In this document: positions 1-11,200 of the stretch, in pieces
Numbering within the stretch: the stretch's first letter is position 1
Layout: each line of letters begins with the position of its first letter
Source: an uncultured delta proteobacterium
GTDB lineage: Bacteria; Myxococcota_A; Polyangia; Fen-1088
Reading direction: 5' to 3'
NCBI GenBank assembly: GCA_963755125.1
Contig: CAVWIP010000003.1
Coordinates: 1-64,000, forward strand
DNA: 64,000 nucleotides
The notes under the pieces: model-generated
Database searches by the model: none
What the model was told of the DNA's origin: nothing
What the model saw: only the letters and a program-made list of their open reading frames with translations
Translations under genes and position numbers: made by a program

Positions 1-1283
1 CCGTTGACGGCGTTGTACGACGTCATGAACGACTGTCCGTGGGCGTTCACGATCGTCTCGTAGAAAGGAACCAGGTAGTACTCGCGCAGGTTCCGGTCGT
101 CCACGATCACGTTGTTGTCGCCGCGGTTTTGTTCCTGATTGTAGACAAAGAAGTGCTTCATGGTCGCGGCTTCTTGCAGGGCAAGCGGGTTGCTGCCTTG
201 CAGGCCGCGGACAAGAGCCTTGGCCAAGGTGCCAACCAAGTACGGATCCTCACCCAGACTTTCTTCCGCGCGGCCGGCGCGGGGATCTCGCGACAGATCC
301 ACCACGGGTGCGCGGAGGGCCAGGCCGACTTGCTGCCCCTTGTTCTTCACGAAGTAGACGCGGGCCTCGTTTCCCACCTCGGCAAATGCCTGGGTCAGCA
401 GATCCGGATCCCAGGTTTCGCCCAGGCCCGAAGCCTGCGGAAACTGGGTCGAGAGGATGGCCGACACGCCGGCGGCCCAGCCCAGCCCGTGGATGCCTTC
501 GGTAAAGGTGGTGAAGGCTGAGATTTGGTACAGAGGCAGAGAAATGGCGGGCTGGTGCTCGGTGAGAAGAGACACCTCTTCTGCATCGGTCAGCAGGCTC
601 AGGAGATTGGTCACGCGATCCTCGAGGGCAAGGCAAGGATTGAGGAATGGATAGGCGTAAGTAGTGCCGCCAGTCGGACAGGTCGGCGTATACGGTCCGC
701 CAACGCCGCCTGCGGCGCTGCCGCCGGTCCCAGTACCGCCCGCGCCGCCAGCTGCAGCACCACCGGCGCCGCCGGTCGCAGCACCGCCGCTGCCAATCCC
801 GCCCGCGCCGGTGCCGCTGGTTCCCGCCGAGGCGCCGCCCGTGTGGGAAGCGGTGCCGCCCACGCCGCCGGTGACCGAAGCGCCGCCCGTGGCAGAGGAA
901 CTGCCACCTGATCGGGGCGAGGAACCTCCGCTCGCGGACGAGCTGCCGCCCGTGGCCGGGATTGTGCCGCCAGTAGCCGGGGTTCCGCCGGTGGTGGCAG
1001 CGCCTCCTGTTGCGCGCCCACCACCCGCTGTCGAGGCCCCGCCGCTGGACGCAACACCGCCCGTGGCTGTCGAACCGCCGATGGCGGAAGATGCCCCGGC
1101 GCTTCCGCCAACCGATGAGATCGCACCCCCGGGGCCGGTACTCCCGCCGCTACTCAGCTTTCCGCCTGTGCCGCCGTCGGTCTTCCCCGAGTTCCCGCAG
1201 CCCAGGGCCAGAAGCGCCGCCAGCGCGGGTGCCATCGCCTTGCCTGCTCGCAGGCCGTTCTTCGTCATGTGCGTTCGGGACAT
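1..1283 (-). CDS. GH3 family beta-glucosidase/xylosidase lipoprotein with long Gly/Ser/Thr-rich linker (runs off the left edge)
   Basis: Not in the ORF track because it has no stop in the window. Read manually: MSRTHMTKNGLRAGKAMAPALAALLALGC (lipobox-like), a GG-rich linker, then GH3 motifs MKHFFVYNQEQNR, LREYYLVPF and FMTSYNAVNG. SD AGGAGAG upstream. Confidence 0.85.
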   Translation of the reverse strand, partial: MSRTHMTKNGLRAGKAMAPALAALLALGCGNSGKTDGGTGGKLSSGGSTGPGGAISSVGGSAGASSAIGGSTATGGVASSGGASTAGGGRATGGAATTGGTPATGGTIPATGGSSSASGGSSPRSGGSSSATGGASVTGGVGGTASHTGGASAGTSGTGAGGIGSGGAATGGAGGAAAGGAGGTGTGGSAAGGVGGPYTPTCPTGGTTYAYPFLNPCLALEDRVTNLLSLLTDAEEVSLLTEHQPAISLPLYQISAFTTFTEGIHGLGWAAGVSAILSTQFPQASGLGETWDPDLLTQAFAEVGNEARVYFVKNKGQQVGLALRAPVVDLSRDPRAGRAEESLGEDPYLVGTLAKALVRGLQGSNPLALQEAATMKHFFVYNQEQNRGDNNVIVDDRNLREYYLVPFYETIVNAHGQSFMTSYNAVN

Positions 1284-1763
1284 GGTCTCTCCTGTTCGAT
1301 CCATACAGTGCGCGGGAGAGCGGATTTTGGCTCTTGATAGCACCCCTGAACGGACGCATTGTGCTGCGCGTTCTCTGGTGGGCTGGTTGCGACCGGACCA
1401 CGCCGCGGCTGTCGCGTCTTGCGTCTCGGTACCGAGCCCGAGGACGGCGAGGCCACAATCAAAAGCAAACGTTGCGCTGAGGTCGGCGGGTTTCGATGCC
1501 CCGCGCTGCCACCCCGCACGTCCGCCGCCCCAGACGGAGTTTCTCGGCGGGGACAGCGACGCGTTCTACGCCGACCCGCCCAGTCCCGAATCGTGAGCGC
1601 GCGCAGGTCCCGAGCGGCTCCATAGGAACCTCTGTACCTGAAGCCCACAACCCCCTAGAATCGTGCTTGTTTTCCCTCGGTTATAGGACGTAGTTGACAG
1701 AATTGGGTATTATCGGACATTCGGAGACGAGATGCGGCCTGGAGAAAGCCTGGCTTGTTCCTC

Positions 1764-3827
1764 CTATGCACCCTTTTCCCCGGGCTTCTCCGTCTCTTTC
1801 AGCTTCTCCAATTCCAGTGGGTGATGGTGTTCCATCTCCTCTTCGGTCATCTCTCCGGTGAGCCACACCTTGCTCATGGGCCAGACGTCCGGGCTGAAGA
1901 TGACGGAATACAGGTGCCATATAATGATGGCCAAGAAGGCCAATGCCGCCTCGTAGCCGTGAATGGCGGCAGCCACGTCGAGAGCCAGCTTGGGCATGTG
2001 GCGCATGGACCAGCCCGGGAACCACAGCACGAATCCTGTTACGCCCATGACAATCGAACCCCAAACCACGGCCAGATACTCGAACTTCTCGATGAAGTTG
2101 AATCTCGCGTAGGCCGGCCGCTCTTTGGAACGGCCCAAGTTGAAAGCAACGAGCTGCCTGAAATCCTTGTAGTCCTTGAACCTCGGCATCATCTCGACCA
2201 GATCCTTGCGCGCTCGTTTCGACGAGAGTACGAAGACGGTGTGTACGAGGGTCAAGGTGATGAGCACGATGGCGGCGCTCCGGTGGATAAGGCCGCGCAA
2301 CTGGAAGCTGCCGGGGGTGTTGAAGATGCCTTTGAAGAAATTCGATTCGGGGAAAAGGATGGGAAGCCCGGTGAAGATCAGCGTCAGGAAGGACAGCATC
2401 ATGATGATGTGCTGGATGCGGTAGCTGACCGGGAAGCGAAGGTAGGTCTTGCCCGCCCGCTTGCGCCGGGTTTCAGGATCCCTGCCCTGTAGCCGGGCGA
2501 ACAACCGGCGCGCGTAGTGGCTGAACAGGTCGAGGATGATATAGGCGATGAATCCCCCAACCGTCCCGACGATCAGGATGATGTAGGAGAGCTTGATGAG
2601 AAATACCAGCGGGTTGTCTTTGAGCGTCTGGTTCTGATGGATCTTTCCCAGGGCCAGGAACCGCGTGGGGCCGGAATGGCAGTTGCCGCAGGTTTCGCCC
2701 AGGTTCTTGATATTGACCCTGGACTTGGGGTCATTGGACGGCAGGATGTCGTGCGAGCCGTGGCAGCTCGCGCAGTTGGCCGCGCGCTTGTCGCCGAACC
2801 CCTGCGCGATGCCGTGGAAGCTGGTCTTGTAGGTCGTCTCGCGATTGGGCGGCATCTTGTACCGCGAACTCAGCAGCGCGTTCTGGTGGCACGCACTGCA
2901 GGTCTTGGTCACGTTTCCTGAATAGACCGGCGAGTTGGGGTCGTCGTGCTTCTGGATGGTGTGTTCGCCGTGGCAATCGGTGCAGGTGGGAACGTCCACA
3001 TTGCCCTGGGCCAGTAATTTTCCGTGCACGCTCGCCTGGTAGGTTTCCGCGATCTTCTGGTGACATTTCGAGCAGGTCTGCGGCAGCTTGTAGCGGTCGA
3101 CGTATGATTCCTTCTTCGAGACCTTGGCGATGTCGTGTTCGCCGTGACAGTCGGTGCACACCGCGGCCGGCAGATTGGTGAAGGCCTGGTTGAACTTGCC
3201 GTGGATGCTGGAAGCGTAGGCCTTCACCCGATTGCTGCTCGCCATCTGCCAGGACTTGTCTTCGCGGTCCACATGGCATGAGGCGCAGGTGGCGGTGACG
3301 TTCTTGCGTGAGACCTGCGATTCCGTCGAGGTGGGCGACAGGATGCGATGCGAGCCGTGGCAGTTCTGGCACTGGGGCGCGCGAGGGTCGTGCTTGCCCA
3401 GCTTGGCCATGCCGTGCACGCTGTTGCGATACAGAAGCGGGATGCCCTGGTTCTCCGCCTTGACCATGCTGCTCTGGTGGCAGACCGAGCAATCGACCGC
3501 ATCGAAAGGCTTGTGCCCGGTGCGGCCCTCGGGAACCTCGGCCGCGGGATCGGTCTTGTGGCAGGCCGTGCACCCCAGCGCCTGGTGGGGCGTTCCCTTG
3601 AACATCTCGGGCGCGACGGCCTTCAGTTCCTTTCCGTCAGTCTCGTTCTGGTCGGTCGCGTGGCACTGGGCGCAGGTTTCGTCGTCGAGCTGCTGCGCAC
3701 GCGCTTGTGAACTCAGGCCGAACAGCAGCAGCCCCAGCGTCGCGACGAAGATCGCGGCCACGCATTTCCGAGAGCGCCCGGACGGACGGCTCGCACCAGC
3801 GGCACCTTCCTGCGCACTTTGCAGCAT
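1764..3827 (-). CDS. Multihaem cytochrome c (11 CxxCH) fused to a cytochrome b membrane domain (CbcL/FdnI-like)
   Basis: Signal peptide. Haem motifs CAQCH, CTACH, CSVCH, CQNCH, CASCH, CTDCH, CSKCH, CTDCH, CSACH, CASCH, CGNCH. C-terminal TM helices with His in RIQH, IHR, IHGYEA, IWHLY, plus RFNFIEKFEY. Start set at ATG 3827. Confidence 0.9.
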   Translation of the reverse strand: MLQSAQEGAAGASRPSGRSRKCVAAIFVATLGLLLFGLSSQARAQQLDDETCAQCHATDQNETDGKELKAVAPEMFKGTPHQALGCTACHKTDPAAEVPEGRTGHKPFDAVDCSVCHQSSMVKAENQGIPLLYRNSVHGMAKLGKHDPRAPQCQNCHGSHRILSPTSTESQVSRKNVTATCASCHVDREDKSWQMASSNRVKAYASSIHGKFNQAFTNLPAAVCTDCHGEHDIAKVSKKESYVDRYKLPQTCSKCHQKIAETYQASVHGKLLAQGNVDVPTCTDCHGEHTIQKHDDPNSPVYSGNVTKTCSACHQNALLSSRYKMPPNRETTYKTSFHGIAQGFGDKRAANCASCHGSHDILPSNDPKSRVNIKNLGETCGNCHSGPTRFLALGKIHQNQTLKDNPLVFLIKLSYIILIVGTVGGFIAYIILDLFSHYARRLFARLQGRDPETRRKRAGKTYLRFPVSYRIQHIIMMLSFLTLIFTGLPILFPESNFFKGIFNTPGSFQLRGLIHRSAAIVLITLTLVHTVFVLSSKRARKDLVEMMPRFKDYKDFRQLVAFNLGRSKERPAYARFNFIEKFEYLAVVWGSIVMGVTGFVLWFPGWSMRHMPKLALDVAAAIHGYEAALAFLAIIIWHLYSVIFSPDVWPMSKVWLTGEMTEEEMEHHHPLELEKLKETEKPGEKGA

Positions 3828-3933
3828 TGACTGGATATTAGGCCGCGCATGGAAGTCGCGCGCAAGCAGAAAAGCGGACTTCCCTCGTCCAGTTTCGGCG
3901 CGGTTAATGCGCTGGCCTAGAGAGAGCTTGGCT

Positions 3934-4959
3934 CTACTGGATCTCCCTGGGAGTTGACAGCAACGGGTTGGGAGGCCCGGGATCAGCCTTGTCTCGATTG
4001 ACCAGCCAATCCACCACCCAGCTCGTGGCGGCCAAGACGGCCGCGCTGATGGCCACGCCTTGAGTCCACTTTTCCCAACTGGCGTAGGTGTTGAAGTCGG
4101 CGGATCCCGCACGATAGCGGTCGGCCTCGACATGCGAGTAGATCGCCGTGATCTCGCTCGCCACACCCAGCACGATCAAGCCGACGCCCGGGTAGCGCCA
4201 ACCGTGAGTCTTGGTCTCGGTCAGCGTGCCCACCAGCGTCGTGCGGTCGCCCGCAACCAACGTGACCGCGCCCTCGGCTCCCCGGTAGCCTTCGCGTTCC
4301 AGCGCCACCGAGTAAAGGCCGGGCGGCAGACGCAACTTCACCGGACCACGCCTGGCCACCGCGATGTGGTTCACCAGGATGTTCGCCTCCGGCGGATCGG
4401 GGATCACTTCGAGCTGGGCGTCTCGGTAGGCATCCGGGTTGGGGGCGGGAAAAGCGGAAGCCGCAGTTCCCGCCGGGGCTGCGGTGGGCACCGGCGCCGC
4501 AGGCGTGCTGGCGGCGACCGGCGCAGGCGGAAGCGGGCGTATCGGCTCGGGCACCGCCACCGACGGAGCACTGGCTTGCTCCTGTCGCTGCTGCTTTTCT
4601 GCCGCGGCCTTGAGATCTCGAATCTGTCGCTCCACCTCGTCGCGGTTTTCAGCGTCAGGAGCTTCGCGCAGATAGTTGCCATACAGCTTGATGGCCTCGG
4701 AATACTCGCGCAGCTGCCGGTGGCACTGCGCGATGTTGTAGAGGAACGACGGATCCTGTTTCAGGCGATACGCTTCCTTGAATTCCCTCAGTGCCTCGCG
4801 GTATTCGCCCAGCTGGTAGTGCATCCGGCCCTGTTTGTAGTGCGCTTTGGCGGTTTCAGCCACACCGACGGTCTTGTCAGCCGCTCTGACTTCGGATGCG
4901 ACGACGGTCGCGAGCGAAAACATGATCGCCACAACCAGAACTTGGGGCAGTCGTCTCAC
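3934..4959 (-). CDS. Secreted/membrane TPR + PEGA domain protein
   Basis: Signal peptide, TPRs (AKAHYKQG...YREALREFKEAY...LYNIAQCHR), Pro/Ala linker, PEGA-like PPEANILVN...LPPGLYSVALEREGY, C-terminal hydrophobic segments. GTG start inferred. Confidence 0.75.
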   Translation of the reverse strand: MRRLPQVLVVAIMFSLATVVASEVRAADKTVGVAETAKAHYKQGRMHYQLGEYREALREFKEAYRLKQDPSFLYNIAQCHRQLREYSEAIKLYGNYLREAPDAENRDEVERQIRDLKAAAEKQQRQEQASAPSVAVPEPIRPLPPAPVAASTPAAPVPTAAPAGTAASAFPAPNPDAYRDAQLEVIPDPPEANILVNHIAVARRGPVKLRLPPGLYSVALEREGYRGAEGAVTLVAGDRTTLVGTLTETKTHGWRYPGVGLIVLGVASEITAIYSHVEADRYRAGSADFNTYASWEKWTQGVAISAAVLAATSWVVDWLVNRDKADPGPPNPLLSTPREIQ

Positions 4960-5285
4960 GGAGCCTGATGGTATGCGAACGGTGCCCCGCGCGCAAACAG
5001 GCCCGGCTGCCCTGGAAGGTCCAGAGCGAAGGCATGCTTCCCCGGGTCTGGTTAGCTGACCTTTGCGACAGGATAACGCGAAAGCGCCTGCTGCGGGGAC
5101 ATCCGCCAATCGGCGGAGTCTTGAGGCAGAAGGCGAATCCGATCGGCGTCCCGTCCAAAAAGATGTTCGCGCCCGCAACGCACAGCGTCCCCGCGTCCGC
5201 GCCCGCGCATCAACCTGGGCGGGTTCTTGGTGGGTTTCTCCTCTATACTCCGCGCTCCCGGCCGCCTGGCCGTTACGCGTAGCGC

Positions 5286-8200
5286 ATGAAGACTCTTCCA
5301 AAACACCAGCCCATTGCCGTGGTCGGGGTCGCCGCCCTCTTCCCGGGATCGATCGACAAGGACGGCTTCTGGCGCGACATCCTGGCCGGCCGCGATCTGA
5401 TCACCGACGTGCCGGCCAGCCACTGGCTGATTGATGACTACTACGATCCGGACCCGCGCGCACGAGACAAGACCTACTGCAAGCGGGGCGCGTTTCTGCC
5501 CGCAGTGGACTTCGATCCCGTGGAGTGGGGCGTGCCGCCGTCCATCGTTCCCGCCACCGACACCAACCAGCTCCTGGCGCTCATCGTGGCGCAACAGGTG
5601 CTTGAAGACGCGTGCGGCGGCACTTTCAAGGATCTGCCGCGCGACCGCGTGAGCGTGATCCTGGGCGTGACCTCGGCGCAGGAACTGCTCGGCTCCATGG
5701 TCAGCCGGCTGCAACGACCGGTGTGGGTCAAAGCCCTGCGCGAGATGGGCCTGCCGGAGGACAAGGTCACCGACGCGTGCGAGCGCATCGCCGCCCACTA
5801 CGTCGAATGGCAAGAGAGTTCTTTTCCTGGAATCCTCGGCAACGTGGTAGCTGGCCGCATCGCCAATCGCCTGGATTTGGGCGGCACCAACTGCGTGACC
5901 GACGCGGCCTGCGCCAGCAGCCTGTCGGCCCTGTCCATGGCCATGGCCGAGCTGCACATGGGTCACTCGGATCTCGTCATCACCGGCGGGGCCGACACCA
6001 TGAACGACATCTTCATGTACATCTGCTTCAGCAAGACGCCGGCGCTGTCGCCCACCGGCGATTGCCGGCCGTTCTCGGATGGCGCGGACGGCACCTTGCT
6101 GGGCGAGGGCATCGGCATGGTGGCGCTCAAGCGCCTGGCCGACGCCGAGCGCGACGGGGATCGCATCTACGCCGTGGTGGCCGGCCTGGGCAGCTCGTCC
6201 GACGGCCGCACCAAGAGCATCTACGCGCCTGCGCCTGCGGGTCAGGCCAAGGCCCTGCGGCGCGCGTACCAGGACGCGGGCTACGGTCCTGAAACCGTGG
6301 AACTGGTGGAGGCGCACGGCACAGGCACCAAGGCCGGCGACGTGTCCGAGTTCGAGGGCCTGCGCACCGTTTTCGAGGAGAGCGGGCGCAAGGATCGCGG
6401 CTGGTGCGCGCTGGGATCGGTGAAGTCGCAGATCGGGCACACCAAGGCCGCGGCCGGGGCCGCCGGATTGTTCAAGGCAGTGATGGCGTTGCACCATCGC
6501 GTGCTGCCGCCGACCATCAAAGTCGATCGTCCGGACCCCAAGCTGAACGTCAACGAGAGTCCGTTCTGCATCAACACCATGGCCCGGCCCTGGGTACGCG
6601 ACCAAAGCCACCCGCGCCGCGCATCGGTCAGCTCGTTCGGCTTTGGCGGATCGAATTTCCACGTGGCGCTGCAGGAGTACACCGGCCCAGGGAAGCGCGC
6701 AGCACGTGTGCGACCGGCTGGCGGCGAGGCCATCTTGCTCAGTGGCGCATCGGCCGAGGCCGTGGCCACGCGCTGTCGCGACCTGGCCATCGAGGCCGTG
6801 CAGGCGGAGATGCTTGCGTTTCTCGCCCGTTCTACTCAGGCATCATTCGACGCCGCGGCGCCAGCGCGCTTGGCTGTGTTCGCCGAATCGAGTGCAGATC
6901 TCGTCGGGAAACTTTCCAAGGCCGCAGATCTGCTGGCTGCGGGCAGCAGCTTCTCGGTGCCAGGCGGAATTGACTTCGCCATGGGACCGGCGGAGGGCAG
7001 CGTCGGGTTTCTCTTCCCTGGCCAGGGCAGCCAGTCGTCGTACATGGGCGCGGACGTGGCCATGGCCAGCGCGACAGCTCTTGCGGTGTGGGATCGCGCA
7101 GCCGAGATCGAATTCGCTCCGGGCATCCGTCTGCACGACGTCGTGTTTCCGCGGCCTGTGTTCGACGAGGCCGCACGCAGCGAGCAGCGCGCGCGCCTGA
7201 CCGCGACCGAGTGGGCCCAGCCCGCGCTGGGTGCGACCAGCCTGGCCTTGCTGGCTATCTTGCGCGAAGCCGGCGTGCACCCGACGGCCGTGGCTGGGCA
7301 CAGCTTCGGCGAGCTGACCGCACTGTGCGCTGCCGGCGTGCTGACGCCGGAGGATCTGTTGCGGCTGGCGCGTCGGCGCGGCGAATTGATGGCCGCAGCA
7401 GCGGCCGTGCCCGGCGCCATGACCTCGGTGGCAGCGCGACGCGAGGACGTGCAGCCCTTGCTCGACGAGTGGAAACTCGACGTGGTGGTGGCCAACCACA
7501 ACAGTCCCAAGCAGCTGGTGCTCTCGGGCGCGACCGAAGCTATCGCAGAGGCAGAGCGCCGTTTGGGAGAAAAAGGCATGGCGTCCACGCGGCTCGAGGT
7601 CGCGACTGCGTTCCACTCGTCGCTGGTCAGCCCGGCTGCGACGCCTTTGCGCGAGTTTTTGGCCTCTGTGCCCCTGACCGCGCCATCGATCCCTGTGTTC
7701 GCCAACACCAGTGCGGCGCCCTATCCCAGCGAGCCCGAGGCCATGCGCGATCTGCTGGCCCATCAGCTGGCCAAGCCGGTTCGCTTCGTCGAGCAGATCG
7801 AGGCCATGCACGCGTCCGGCGTGCGCACCTTCGTCGAGGTGGGGCCGGGCCGCGTGTTGACCGGGCTGGTCGGCCACATTCTCAAGTCGCGTCCGCATCG
7901 AGCGATCGCGCTCGACCGCAAGGGACGGCCGGGCTGGGCCAGCCTGCAACAGGGGTTGGCCCTTCTGTCAGTCGCGGGCGTGGCCGTGGACTATGCGCAG
8001 TTGTGGGCCGCGTTCGCGCCCGTGGCCGACCCGCGCACGCGGCGCAAACCCGCCATGGCCTTGAAGATGAACGGATCGAGCTACGGGAAGATCTATCCGC
8101 CCGAGCAAGGAGCAGTTGCATTGCCCAAGCCCAATCCTCCGTCACCTCCAGCCGAGCCCACGAGCGTGGCTCCGGCGTCCGCGCTGCCTTCGGCGCCCGT

Positions 8201-11200
8201 CGCTGCGGCGGTTAGTGGCGATCCGGCGGTGCAACTCGCCTGGGTGCATGCCTTCCAAGAGAGCCAGCGCCAGACCGCCGAGGCCCACGCGGTCTTCCAG
8301 CGCGCCATGGCCGAGTCGCACGCGGCGTTCTTGCGCGCGTCCGAGAGTTCCCTGGCCAACCTGGCCAGCGTGCTTGGCGGCACCTCTGTTCTATCGTCGC
8401 TGCCCGCGCTGGCCGAGACGCCAGCCTGGGTGCCCAGCATTGCCCCGTCCGTCCCATCGGTGATGGCACCGCCACCCCCGGCGATTGTGATGCCGGCCGC
8501 GCCCGTTTCGCCTGCGGTTCCCACATGCGCGCCGGTGGCAACGTTGGCCCAGCCCGCAGCTCCGCCGCGCGCAGTCCCAGTCGCGGCGGCGCCAGTCGCG
8601 CTCTCTCTCTCGGACCTGCAGGCTCTCATGTTGAGCGTGGTTGCCGCCAAGACCGGCTATCCGGCAGAGATGGTGGGCCTGGACATGGACCTCGAAACCG
8701 ACCTCGGCGTCGATTCCATAAAGCGCGTCGAGATCCTTTCAGCCGTGACGGAGCAGGCGCCGGGTCTGCCCGAGGTGAGCGCCGCGCGCATGGCCGGCAT
8801 GCGCACTCTGCGCGAGATGGTCGCCTATCTGGGCGAGCACGCGGGCTGTGCGGCTGCCACAGACGAGGCCAAGTCCATGGTCGTGCAGTCGCAGGCGGCC
8901 AGCCGTCCAGCGCCCGCCGAGAAGGCGCCGGAGCCGAGTCCTGCGTCCGTGGCTCCAACCTCGATCGGGCGATTCGCCCTGCGTGCGGTTGCCGCCCCGG
9001 CCTTGGGCTTGGCCACGCCCGGCCTCGTGGCTGCTCGCAATCTGGTGGTCACCGACGACGGCGCTGGCGTCGCGGCGGCGCTGGTCGAGAAGCTCGGCAC
9101 CCGCGGCGCCAAGGCTCGGCTGGTTCACGAAATCCCGGCCGACGCGGATGCCGTAATCTTTCTGGGCGGCCTGCGCGCCGCCCCCTGCATCGACGACGTG
9201 GTGGCCGTGAACCGCGAATCGCTGCGCGCGGCCCGCGCGGTGGCAGCCCGCTTTGCCAAGGAAGGCGGAACCTTCGTGACTGTGCAGGATACCGGCGGGG
9301 ACTTCGGCCTGTCCGGCAGCGAGCGCGCCTGGCTGGCGGGGCCAGCGGCCCTGGCGCGAACCGCGGCCATCGAGTGGCCGTCGGCGTGTGTGCGGGCCAT
9401 CGACATTGGCCGTGTGGGCCGTTCACCTGACGAGGTGGCCGAGGCCTTATGCGCGGAGCTGCTCTCGGGAGGTGTCGAGCGCGAGGTGGGCCTTCCCGTC
9501 GAGGGAGCGCGCGCGGTCTTGCAAACGGTTGCGGCGCCGCTGCCCACGGCCTCGGCCTTGCCGCTCGACACGCGGTCAGTCGTGGTGGTTTCCGGCGGGG
9601 CCCGCGGCGTGACCGCCGCCTGTGCGATCGAGCTGGCGCGCGCTGCCCGTTGCCGCTTCCTTTTGCTCGGCCGCACGCCCGTGGAAGACGAGCCTGCGTG
9701 CTGTCGCGGGGTCGAGGGCGACGCCGATCTCAAGCGCGTGCTGCTGGCCGATGCCAAAGCCCGGGACGAGAGCGCCAGCCCGGCCAAGCTGGGCAGCCGC
9801 GTGGCCGCCATCATGGCGGTGCGCGAGATCCGCCGCACGTTGCAGGCCATCGGCAGCGCTGGCGGCGAGGTCCGCTATGTTACCGTGGACATCAGTGACA
9901 CCAGCGCGGTGACCGAAGCCGTGGCGCAAGCCCGCGCGAGTTGGGGTTCCATCACCGGCGTGATCCACGGTGCCGGCGCTCTGGCCGACAAGCTCATCGC
10001 GGACAAGACCGACGCCCAGTTTACCAAGGTGTTTCGCACCAAGGTGGTGGGACTGCGCGCGCTGCTCGATGCCACGGTCGACGACGAGCTGGCCTTTTTG
10101 TTGCTTTTCTCGTCGGTGGCTGCCCATTCAGGCAACCAGGGCCAAGCCGACTACGCGATGGCCAACGAGGTGCTCAACAAGGTGGCCGCGCTCGAGCAGC
10201 GCCGGCGCGGGCCGCGCTGCCTGGTGCGCGCGCTGGGCTGGGGGCCATGGGATGGCGGCATGGTCGATGCTGGCCTGCGCGCGCGTTTTGCCGGGATGGG
10301 CGTGCCGCTGATTTCGCTGGCGGATGGAGCCCGCCTCATGCGTGATGAGCTGTGCGCGACGGGTGACGCCGAGGTCGTGATCGGGGGCGCGGTTTCGGGA
10401 CACGGGCCGGCCGAGCCTGGGGCGCAGAAGATCGAGGCCGAGATCGTGGTCGACCGCGCCCACTGCGCTTTCCTCGACGGGCATCGCGTGCGCGGAAGCG
10501 TGGTCGTGCCGGTGGCGCTGGTGCTGGAATGGTTTGCACGCGCGGCGCGGGCCTGCCGCCCGGATTTGACCCTGGCCGCCTGCCGGGACGTGCAGGTGCT
10601 GCGCGGGATCCGCCTCGGCCACTTCGACGACGGGACCGTCGAGCGGTTTTTGCTGCGGGCGCGCCAACTTTCCAATGGCCACGAGGCCACCATTGCCGTC
10701 GAGCTGCTGGGCGCGGATGGCCGTCGTCACTATTCGGCCATCTGCGAGATGAAGGAGCGATCTCCGCTTCCTGACCGCACCCCGGTCGCGCCCGTCGATC
10801 TGGCGCGCTGGTCCGGCACCATCTACGACGGCGAAGTCTTGTTTCACGGCCCAGCCTTTCAGGTGATCCGTTCGGTCGACGGTATCGCCGATGGCGGGCT
10901 GACGGCAACCCTGGAGGGTGTCTCGGCGCGGGAGTGGGCCGGTCCCTGGCAGTTCGATCCGGCGTTGCTCGACGGTGGCTTGCAAGCGGCGGTGCTGTGG
11001 GCACAGCGCAAGTTGGGCGCCGCTTCTTTGCCCACGGCCATTGCCAGCCTGCACATCTATCATCCGGGCCCGACAACCGGGACCATCCGATGCGTGCTGG
11101 CGGGCCGCGAGGCCTCGCAGAAGCGGGCCGTGTCCGACGCCGCGTTCTTGGCCAGCAACGGCAGCGTGGTGGCCGAACTGCGTGGTATCGAGGTGCACGC

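Noticed and set aside
1465..1476. GCAAACGTTGCG as a LacI-type operator upstream of the GH3 gene
   Set aside because: Imperfect symmetry, a single copy and no regulator nearby. Too weak to call.
664..1596. 310-aa Pro-rich plus-strand ORF
   Set aside because: Antisense shadow of the Gly-rich linker of the GH3 gene.
1694..1713. TTGACA...TATTAT promoter-like pair
   Set aside because: The spacer is only 8 bp and it points antisense into the cytochrome gene end.
4960..5285. Possible remnant of a pfaD/pfa1 gene upstream of pfaA
   Set aside because: No enoyl-reductase-like residues recognised in any frame. Only a small hairpin (5102-5117) and a TATACT box are present.
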